64,000 bases of DNA, taken from assembly GCA_963749205.1 (NCBI GenBank), contig CAVVLW010000007.1:390794-454793 (forward strand), in the 5' to 3' direction. This document shows, piece after piece, positions 19,249 through 27,455 of this stretch; the stretch's first letter is position 1; each line of letters begins with the position of its first letter. The translations under genes and the position numbers were made by a program. The notes under the pieces were generated by a model, which saw nothing but the letters and a program-made list of their open reading frames with translations, was not told the origin of the DNA and ran no database searches. The stretch is from an uncultured Thermoplasmata archaeon. Lineage in GTDB: Archaea; Thermoplasmatota; Thermoplasmata; Lutacidiplasmatales; UBA184.

Positions 19249-21027
19249 GTGGCGCGGATCGCGATCCTGCTCAACGACCGGTGCCACCCGAAGGAGTGCC
19301 AGTGGGAGTGCCAGGCGTACTGCCCGCCGGTGCGCATGGGCCAGGAGTGCATCATCGAGGGGCCGACGGGCAAACCGATCATCTCCGAGACCCTCTGCAT
19401 CGGATGCGGGATCTGCGTCCACAAGTGCCCGTTCGATGCGATCAAGATCCTCAACACCCCCGAGGCGGACCCGAGCGAGATCGTCCACCGGTACGGCTAC
19501 AACGGCTTCCGGATGTACCGCATGCCGATCCCACCGGCCCGGGGATCACGGGGCTCCTCGGCCCGAACGGGACCGGAAAGTCGACCGCCCTCCGGCGACT
19601 CTCCGGGCAGGAAGTGCCGAACCTCGGGGACTACGAATCCCCCGGAGCCTGGCCGAAGGTGCTCGAACACTACCGCGGCACCGCGCTCCGCGCCCACTTC
19701 GAACGGGTATCGAAGGGGGAGCTCACGCTCGGTCCTGAAGCCGCAGTACGTCGACCGGATCTCCGACGAACCGTTCACCGCGCTCGACTACGTCCTCGCG
19801 GCGGGTCCGGGGGGACGAAAGGCACTCGACGAGGTCGGGCTCGCGAACCGGGCCGACCGCCGCCTGTCGGAGCTGTCGGGAGGCGAGCTCCAGCTCGTGT
19901 CGATCGCTCGGACGATCGCTACCGACGTCGACCTCTACCTGATCGACGAGCCGTCGAGCTACCTCGATATCGTGCACCGCCTCGAGGTCGCGCGGATCCT
20001 GCGACGCTTGGGAGAGACGAAGAGCGTCCTCGTCGTCGAGCACGACCTCGCACTCTTGGACTACCTCGCCGACCAGGCCCACCTGATCTACGGAGAGCCC
20101 GCGGCGTTCGGCGTCATCAGCCATCCCCTCCCGATGCGCGCGGCGATCAACACCTACCTTACCGGCTACCTCAAGGACGAGAACGTTCGGTTCCGCACCG
20201 AGCCCGTCCGGTTCGTCTCCCACCCGCCGAAGCCGGCCGCCCGGGCGAACACGCTTGTGCGGTTCCCGGCCCTCGAGAAGGAGTATCCCGAGTTCCATCT
20301 CTCGGTGGGTGCGGGGTCGCTCGCGAAGGGCCAGGTCGTGGGGATCGTCGGACCGAATGCGACCGGGAAGACGACCTTCGTTCGGATGCTCGCGGGCGTC
20401 GAACCTCCGACGCGGGGCGCCCCCCCCGAGGGGGTCACGGTCAGCTACAAGCCGCAGTACCTCAAGGCGACCCAGTCGGCAAGCTTGCGCGAGCGCGCGG
20501 CCGCGCTCGCGAACGACCCGACGTTCGACGCGAAGCTGTTCGAGCGGGAGCTCGTCCCCGGCCTGCACCTCGAAGAGATCCAGGACGTCGCGCTCACCGA
20601 CCTCTCGGGCGGCGAGCTCCAACGCTCCGCGGTCGCCCTCGCGCTCGCGCGGCCCGCGACCCTCTACCTCCTGGACGAACCGTCGGCGTACCTGGACGCG
20701 GACGAACGGATGTCGATGGCGCGGCTCGTCCGCCGCCAGGTCGAGCGTCAGGCGGTGAGCGCTCTCGTCGTCGACCACGACGTCTACTTCCTCGACCTCG
20801 CGTGCGACGAACTGATGGTCTTCGGCCCGGATGCGCCGGACGGTTCGAAGGGGCGCGGCGACGGCCCGTTCGCGATGCGGGAGGGGATGAACCGCCTGCT
20901 TGCCGGGGTCAACATCACGTTCCGCCGCGACCCCGAGACGCTGCGCCCCCGGATCAACCGCGAGGGGTCGGTCCTGGACCGCGAACAGCGGGCGCGGAAG
21001 GAGTACGATTACGAAGCCGCCCAGTGA
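19249..21027 (+). CDS. abce1: ABCE1/Rli1 ribosome-recycling ATPase, with a compensated pair of frame breaks (near 19535 and 19732)
   Basis: N-terminal 2x[4Fe-4S] CPPVRMG..CIGCGICVHKCPFDAI. The first Walker A (GITGLLGPNGTGKSTALRRLSGQEVPNLG) appears only in the alternate frame between the two breaks. Second NBD GIVGPNATGKTT, LSGGELQR, LLDEPSAYLD. Confidence 0.9.
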   Translation: MARIAILLNDRCHPKECQWECQAYCPPVRMGQECIIEGPTGKPIISETLCIGCGICVHKCPFDAIKILNTPEADPSEIVHRYGYNGFRMYRMPIPPARGSRGSSARTGPESRPPSGDSPGRKCRTSGTTNPPEPGRRCSNTTAAPRSAPTSNGYRRGSSRSVLKPQYVDRISDEPFTALDYVLAAGPGGRKALDEVGLANRADRRLSELSGGELQLVSIARTIATDVDLYLIDEPSSYLDIVHRLEVARILRRLGETKSVLVVEHDLALLDYLADQAHLIYGEPAAFGVISHPLPMRAAINTYLTGYLKDENVRFRTEPVRFVSHPPKPAARANTLVRFPALEKEYPEFHLSVGAGSLAKGQVVGIVGPNATGKTTFVRMLAGVEPPTRGAPPEGVTVSYKPQYLKATQSASLRERAAALANDPTFDAKLFERELVPGLHLEEIQDVALTDLSGGELQRSAVALALARPATLYLLDEPSAYLDADERMSMARLVRRQVERQAVSALVVDHDVYFLDLACDELMVFGPDAPDGSKGRGDGPFAMREGMNRLLAGVNITFRRDPETLRPRINREGSVLDREQRARKEYDYEAAQ

Positions 21028-21106
21028 GACGGAGGAACCCTCCGAGGCCGCCCCCCCCGCGCTCGACGCGGGGGGTCGCTTTCACGCGCACGGCACCATC
21101 TCGTAC

Positions 21107-21583
21107 GTGACGGTCGGGGTCTATCTCGTCCTCCTGCTGGTCCTGTACCTCATTGTCGTGCCGAGCTCGTTCGACCAGCGACCGGAGCTGATCTACCTCC
21201 TGATGCTGGTCGTGGTCTTCTTTCTGTTTCGGTACGCGACCACGAATTACTCGATCGACGACTCGTACCTGCACGCGCGCCGGGTCCTCGGTCCCCGGAC
21301 GGTGCCGCTCAGCGAGGTCCGCAAGATCGAGTTCATGGCCCTCCGCGACCTCTCACCGACCGGGTTCTTCGGCTCGTGGGGATATCGCGGGCGAATGTGG
21401 AGTCCCGTCATCGGCTGGTTCGAGGCGGTCTACACCGACCCCGTCGGGCTTCTCGTGACCGGCGGCCCGCACCCGCTGTTCATCTCCCCTAAGGACCGGG
21501 TGGCGTTCGCCCGCGAGCTCTCTCGCCGCGTTCGGTCCTACTCCGGGCCATTGTCGGTGGACGACGGGTCCCCGAGTGTCTGA
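21107..21583 (+). CDS. Membrane protein with bacterial-PH-like domain
   Basis: GTG 21107. Two TM helices (VGVYLVLLLVLYLIVV, LIYLLMLVVVFFLF), then YSIDDSYLHARRVLGPRTVPLSEVRKIEF. The longer ORF start overlaps ABCE1. Confidence 0.45.
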   Translation: MTVGVYLVLLLVLYLIVVPSSFDQRPELIYLLMLVVVFFLFRYATTNYSIDDSYLHARRVLGPRTVPLSEVRKIEFMALRDLSPTGFFGSWGYRGRMWSPVIGWFEAVYTDPVGLLVTGGPHPLFISPKDRVAFARELSRRVRSYSGPLSVDDGSPSV

Positions 21584-21584
21584 A

Positions 21585-23074
21585 TCAGTACGTCGGGAGG
21601 CTCGGGTCGACCCGCTCGGCCCACGCGGTGATCCCGCCGGACAGGTTGCGCACGTTCGAGAATCCGAGGTCGAGGAGCAGGCGGGTCGCCTGCGACGACC
21701 GGCCCCCGGTTCGGCAGTAGACGACCAGCCGCCGCGCCCCCGTCAGTTCGTTCAGGTGGTCGGGGAGCTGCCCCCGAGGGATCAGGTGGGCGTTCGGGAG
21801 GTGGACGATCTCCCACTCGTTCGGCTCCCGAACGTCCACCAGCATCGGCGGGTCGGCGCCGGCGAGCTCGTCCCGGAGCTCTTCGGGCGAGATCTCGGGG
21901 AGGTTTGCGCCCTGCGACTCGGGACCGGCGGCGGGGATCCCACAGAAGGCCGGGTAGTCGATGAGCCCCTTCTGCGGCGCGTTCGGAGAGCAGATCACGC
22001 ATGCCGGGTTCTTGCGGAGCTTCAGCTCGCGGAACCGCATCGCGAGCGCGTCGTAGAGGAGGAGCCGGCCGATGAGGGGCTCGCCGATGCCGAGCAGGAG
22101 CTTCACGGTCTCCGTCGCCTGGATGAGCCCGATGAGCCCCGGGCAGGACCCCGAGGACCCCGGCCTCCGCGCACGAGGGGACGAGGTCGGGGGGCGGCGG
22201 CTCGGGATAGAGGCAGCGGTAACAGGGCCCTTTCGAGGCATCGAAGACGCTCGCCTGGCCCTCGAATCGGTAGATCGAGCCGTAGACGTTCGGTTTGCCC
22301 AGGAGCACGCAGGCGTCGTTCACGAGGTAGCGGGTCGGGAAGTTGTCGGTGCCGTCCACGACCACGTCGTACGGGCGCAGGACCTCGAGCGCGTGGTCGG
22401 CCGTCAATCGATGTCCGATCGGAACGACGCGAACCCCAGGATTCAGGGCCTCGAGACGGTCCTTCGCCGCGTCGAGCTTCGGGCGGCCGACGTCGGCCGT
22501 CGTGTAGAGGACCTGCCGTTGAAGGTTGGAAAGATCGATCTCGTCGAAATCGGCCAGGCCGATCTCTCCGACCCCGGCCGCCGCGAGGTAGAGCGCCGTC
22601 GGAGCGCCGAGGCCCCCGGCCCCGACGAGCAGGACCTTCGACCGGCGGAGGCGCTTCTGCCCGGCGACACCGACCTCGGGAAGGAGGAGGTGCCGGCTGT
22701 AGCGGCGGAGCTCGTCGCGGGTGAGGGTGTCGGCGGGGGGGTTGGGCAGGACGGTCAGCGGGTTCGGGACGGACCGTCCGCGGGCCCCCGCCGGGGCCCC
22801 GCCCGCGATCGCCGGGAACGATCGAAACGATGTCGCCCTCCTTCACGGGGGTCGCGTCGCGCTGGAGGGAGCGCACGTCCTCGTCGTTCAAGTAGACGCT
22901 AACGAAGTTCCGCAACTTCCCTTCGGGCGTGAACAGGTGCTTTTTGAGGCCCGGGTACGTGTCCGCGACGCCGCGAACGAGCGCACCGACCGTGGCCCCG
23001 TCCGACGGCACTTCGGCGTGCCCGTCCGCGAACGGACGCAGCGGGGTGGGAATCTTCACCGTCACGCTCGGCAT
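21585..23074 (-). CDS. CysO/MoaD-like ubiquitin-like domain fused in frame to MoeZ/UbaA-like E1 adenylyltransferase plus rhodanese domain (frame breaks near 22815 and 22138)
   Basis: Ubl: MPSVTVKIPTPLRPF..NFVSVYLNDEDVR..EGDIVSIVPAIAGG. Linker APAGARGRSVPNPLTVLPNPPADT has no stop or start codon. E1: LTRDELRRYSRHLLLPEVG..VLLVGAGGLGAP..CYRC..CVIC. Rhodanese: VVYCRTGGRSS. Confidence 0.8.
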
Positions 23075-23079
23075 CTACG

Positions 23080-23569
23080 TCACCGTCCCCCGGAAGCTCT
23101 TAGGCTCTCGGTTACCCGCGCATCAGCGGCCGGGGTCGTGACCAACGTCACCTCGCGGAAGACCCCGGAATCGGGGTCGAGCTCGAACGCCCCGATCGCG
23201 TGCGCGTCGGTCGCCGACACCGAGACGACCACGTAGGTGTACCAGGGCCAAGCGTGCGCCTGGTCGAACGCGGACGGGCGAGCGGGGTGGTCCGGATGCG
23301 AGTGATAGAAGCCCGCGACGACGCGGTCCGTTCCCCCGAGCGCGTTTTCGGCCGAACGCAGCTCTTCTGCTCGGATGACGAACCGGCGTCGGCGCTCCCC
23401 CTCGAACTCGTTCGGGGCGCGTTCCGTCGCGACGATGGACCGGGGACCGTTCGGGGCGGTAGGGTCGGCCCCCGCGATGAGGAAGCCGCAGCACTCATCC
23501 GGGTAGGTCTCCCGGGCGTGCCGCCGGATCTCCGCGACTAGGGGTTCGGGGAGGCTGTACCGCTCTCAT
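23080..23569 (-). CDS. JAMM/Mov34 (Mec+-like) metalloprotease (frame break within the first codons, near 23558)
   Basis: ATG overlaps the cysM stop (ATGA). Hand translation gives YSLPEPLVAEIRRHARETYPDECCGFLIAG...GFYHSHPDHPARPSAFD, the E..HxHx7Sx2D JAMM motif. Confidence 0.75.
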
Positions 23570-24440
23570 CTTGGCTCTCCAGTAGAAAACCGGCGTTCGC
23601 CGTCCGGGAGCAGCGTGACGACGACCGCGCCTGGCCTCGCGAGGCCGACCTCGATCGCCGCGACGACGGCCGCCCCCGACGAGACGCCGACCGCGAGACC
23701 TTCTTCGAGGGCGAGGCGCCGCTGCATCGCCTGGGCCGCCTCGGTCTCGACGCGGACGGTCGAGTTGACCAGACGTTCGTCGTAGGTGCCTGGCCGAAGG
23801 GCGGACGGAAGGTGCTTCAGACCCTCGATCCCATGGATCGGACCCGTCGGCTCGATGCCGACCACCCGAATCCCGGGCGTCGTTCCTTGAGGAAACGTCC
23901 CGTTCCCGATATCGTTCCTCCGGTGCCGACCCCAACGACGAGATCGGTGATCCGGCCCGAGGTCCGGTTCCAGATCTCCGGACCCGTGTGTCGATAGTGG
24001 GCGTCCGGGGATTCGAGGGATTGTTGTAACTGGTCGCCGTAGAAGTAACGCTGGGGGTCGGCGAGCGACCTCCGACGTGCCTCGCGCTGGGCTCCGTCGG
24101 TCCCCTCGGCGGGGTCCGTGAAGACGACGATCGGCCCTGTACGCCGGATCCGGGCGACCCGCTCGGGGCTCGCGTTGCGCGGCAGGCAGAGCTCGACCTC
24201 GAACCCGAGGCGGGCGCCGAGCATGGCGTACGCGACCGCAGTGTTCCCGCTCGAGGCATCGAGGAGGACGCGTCCCGGGCCGAGCTGGCCCACGTCGAAC
24301 GCGTCGCGAACGATCTCGAGGGCGGCCCGGTCCTTGACCGATCCGGTGGGGTTGAGGAACTCGGCCTTGGCCCACAGCTCGAACTCGCCGCACGCCACCT
24401 CCGATAGGCGTCGTAGCGGTAGGAGCGGGGTCCCGCCCAC
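23566..24440 (-). CDS. cysM: PLP-dependent cysteine synthase (CysM/CysK family), three frame breaks (near 24030, 24008 and 23878)
   Basis: GGTPLLPLRRL..AKAEFLNPTGSVKDRAA..LDASSGNTAVAYA..; YNNPSNP appears only in the alternate frame; ..HYRHTGPEIW..VGVGTGGTISG..; then PGIRVVGIEPTG..SSGAAVVAA. Confidence 0.8.
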
Positions 24441-24508
24441 CGAGGAGAGGAGAGGGTCGTCGACCGCCGGGTTCCGTCCTTGAGCCCGAGCGGACGAAGG
24501 GACCCGGA

Positions 24509-25157
24509 CTACCGGAGCTGGATCAGATGCGTACACCGCATCCCCCCGCGGCCGATCGAGTCTTCGAGGTCCACTCCGACCTCGCCGAGGAGCGCCTCGG
24601 TGAGGTTCTTGTCGAACACGTCGCAGAGGAGGTACGGGTGGCTGAGCGCGCTGTGGCGGAAGATGCAGTTCGTCCGAACGATTCGGACGTGTCCGTCCGG
24701 CAGTCTTCTCCAGAGAGCAGCGGAATCCGAGGTCGTTCAGGGCCGCGACCAGGCGCCGGGCCTTCTCGTCCGTCGTCGCTGCTTTCGGGATTTCTTTGGC
24801 AATCGCGCCCGCCATCCGGCGCGCGGACTCCGCGAACAGGGCGCTGACGAATCCTTCGCCCTCGCTGGCCAGGAGCTCGTCGACCACAGCGTCCAGGATC
24901 AGGTCGTAGCTCTTCGGGAAGAGGTCTTGGCCCTGGCCAGTAAGGAGGTAGCGCTTTCGTGGCCGGCCCACGCCCTCCCGACGGAACGACGGGACGACAA
25001 GGCCCCGCTCCTCCATCCGGTCCAGATGGCCCCGGGCGGCGCTCTCCTGGATCCCGAGTGTTTTCGCTAGGTCGCGCGCGGTGCGCGGGGCTATCGCGAG
25101 CTCTTCGAGAATGCGCCCACGGGTGCCGACCAACGACCCGCTCTCTGCCGCGCTCAT
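24509..25157 (-). CDS. SufR-like ArsR-type wHTH regulator with C-terminal Cys motif (frame break near 24715)
   Basis: wHTH RGRILEELAIAPRTARDLAKTLGIQESAARGHLDRMEERGLV. The alternate frame gives VRIVRTNCIFRHSALSHPYLLCDVFDKNLTEALLGEVG..GGMRCTHLI, matching the SufR-type C-x12-C-x..-C arrangement as I recall it. Confidence 0.65.
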
Positions 25158-25179
25158 GGTGTCCGGTTCCGCTCTCCGC

Positions 25180-25194
25180 GGGCCCCTAAGGCCC
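25180..25194. promoter_or_regulatory. Inverted repeat GGGCC-CCTAA-GGCCC in the sufR-like/sufC divergent intergenic region
   Basis: 5-bp perfect arms, 23-37 nt upstream of the regulator start. A CTTAAATAA box at 25221-25229 faces sufC. Confidence 0.3.
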
Positions 25195-25259
25195 CTTCAG
25201 GATTTACACACCGCGCCATGCTTAAATAACGGTATCGGCTCGTATTCTGACGGACCGTC

Positions 25260-26033
25260 ATGGCCATGGCAACAGGAACACACACCCTCATCGTAGAAAA
25301 CTTGCACGCCGAGGTGGCCGGGAAGGAGATCCTGAAGGGGGTCAATCTGACCGTAAAGAGCGGCGAACTGTCCGCACTCATGGGCCCGAACGGCTCCGGA
25401 AAGAGCACCCTCGCCTACGCCCTGATGGGTCACCCGAAGTACAAGGTCACGAAAGGGACCGCGACGCTCGACGGGGAGGACCTTCTCAAGCTCCCGGTCG
25501 ACAAGCGATCGAAGGCGGGCCTGTTCCTCGGATTCCAGTATCCGCAGGAGGTCTCGGGACTCTCGCTCTCGAAATTCCTCTGGACATCTTACATGCTTCG
25601 CCACACCGCCCAAACGGCGGACGTGGCCACTTTCGACAAGGACCTGAAGACCCACCTCTCCTACCTCGGCATGGACGAGTCTCTGCTCAAGCGCTCGCTG
25701 AACGAGGGATTCTCGGGCGGAGAGAAGAAGCGGGTCGAGGTGCTCCAGATGGCGACCCTGAGCCCGCGGTTCGCGATCCTTGATGAGCCTGATTCCGGGC
25801 TCGACATCGACGCGGTCCGATCGGTCGGCGAGACCGTCGCGAAGCTGCGCCGACCGGACGCGGGGATCCTCGTCATCACCCACTATCAGCGGATCCTACA
25901 GTTCTTAAAACCCGACAGCGTGCACGTCATGGTGGACGGCGCGATCGCGCTCTCGGGCGGCCGCGAGCTCGCCGAGGAGCTCGAGGCGAAGGGGTACGAC
26001 TTCGTGAAGCTCGGGATCGCGGGCCTGTCGTAG
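25260..26033 (+). CDS. sufC: Fe-S cluster assembly ATPase SufC
   Basis: GPNGSGKSTLAYALMGHPKY, GLFLGFQYP, FSGGEKKRVEVLQM, ILDEPDSGLDID. Confidence 0.95.
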   Translation: MAMATGTHTLIVENLHAEVAGKEILKGVNLTVKSGELSALMGPNGSGKSTLAYALMGHPKYKVTKGTATLDGEDLLKLPVDKRSKAGLFLGFQYPQEVSGLSLSKFLWTSYMLRHTAQTADVATFDKDLKTHLSYLGMDESLLKRSLNEGFSGGEKKRVEVLQMATLSPRFAILDEPDSGLDIDAVRSVGETVAKLRRPDAGILVITHYQRILQFLKPDSVHVMVDGAIALSGGRELAEELEAKGYDFVKLGIAGLS

Positions 26034-26064
26034 GCGACCCCCGACTTCACGGGACCGGGCTTGC

Positions 26065-27292
26065 ATGGACGTCGGACGGATTCGAGCGGACTTTCCGATC
26101 CTCGGGCGCTCGTTCCACGGTCATCCCCTCGTTTACCTCGACTCGGCGGCGACGTCGCAGAAGCCGACCGCCGTCCTCGATGCGGAGTCGCGATTCTACA
26201 CTGAGCAGAACGCCAACGCCCACCGGGGCGTCTACGCACTGAGCGTCGAGGCGACCGACGCCTACGAAGGCGCCCGCGAGCGGGTGGCGCGGTTCCTACA
26301 CGCCCGGGACCCTTCCGAGGTCGTCTTCGTCCGCGGCACGACCGAAGCGCTCAACCTTGTCGCGGCGAGCCTCGGCCATTCGACCCTCGAGCGCGGCGAC
26401 CGGGTCCTCAACGACGGTGATGGAGCACCACTCGAACATCGTCCCCTGGCACATGCTGCGGGAACAGTCCGGAATCGGACTCGATTTCGTCGACATCGAT
26501 GCCGACGGGCGCCTGCGTCTTGACGAACTCGACCACCTCCTGGGACCGAAGACCAAGGTCGTGACGATCACCCATGCCTCGAACGTCCTCGGCACCGTGA
26601 ACCCGGTCCGCGAGATCGCAGACCGAGCCCATGCGGCGGGCGCGATCGTCGTCGTGGACGCGGCCCAGTCCGCACCGCACCGCCCGGTCGACGTTCAGGC
26701 GCTCGGCGCCGATCTCCTCGCGTTCTCCGGTCACAAGGTGCTCGGTCCGATGGGGATAGGGGTCCTCTGGGGCCGAGCGGACCTTCTCGAGAAGATGCCT
26801 CCCGCGTCCGGGGGCGGCGAGATGATCCGGGAGGTCCATCAGGACCGCGTCAGCTATCGGGAGCCCCCCGCCCGATTCGAAGCGGGGACGCCCAATGTCG
26901 CGGGGGCGGTCGCGCTTTCGACCGCGCTCGACTATCTGGAGCACCTCGGATGGGAGGAGGTCGCCGCGCACGAGCGAGGGTTGCTTGACTACTCTTCAGA
27001 GCAGGCTCGCCAACGCCTAGGAGAGAAGCTCCGCGTGTACGGGCCGACCGGGTCTAAGGACCGCCAGGGACTCGAGTCGTTCTCGCTGGAAGGGGTCCAT
27101 CCCCACGACGTCGCGACCCTGCTCGATGCGGACGGGGTCGCCGTCCGAGCGGGCCATCACTGTTGCCAGCCGCTGATGGACCGGCTCGGCGTCCCGGCGC
27201 TCACTCGGGCCAGTCCGTACATCTACAACGACCAGAACGACATCGACCGGCTGTTCGACGGACTCGAAAAAATCGTCAAGGTGTTCGCCTGA
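26065..27292 (+). CDS. sufS: Cysteine desulfurase SufS (frame break near 26405)
   Basis: VYLDSAATSQKP..NANAHRG.., MEHHSNIVPW, ITHASNVLG, FSGHKVLGPMGIGVLWG, RAGHHCCQPLM. Confidence 0.9.
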
Positions 27293-27455
27293 TCGGAGCT
27301 GCCGTGCCGCCCCATACTCTCACCCTGCGCATTGTAGCGGGGCGGCCTACAGATGGCTGATTCTTTCGTGCTCCTTCGCCGAGGAACAGTTGTGTCGCGC
27401 CCGAGACAACCTCTCATTTAAATACACTGGGGTGCTGGAATTGGTCGAGGCAATC

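Noticed and set aside
23817-25157. 446-aa ORF apparently fusing the wHTH regulator to the cysteine synthase
   Set aside because: The regulator's conserved Cys-containing C-terminus and its TAG stop (24509) appear after a 1-nt shift near 24715. The fusion results from the frameshift landing in the cysM frame.
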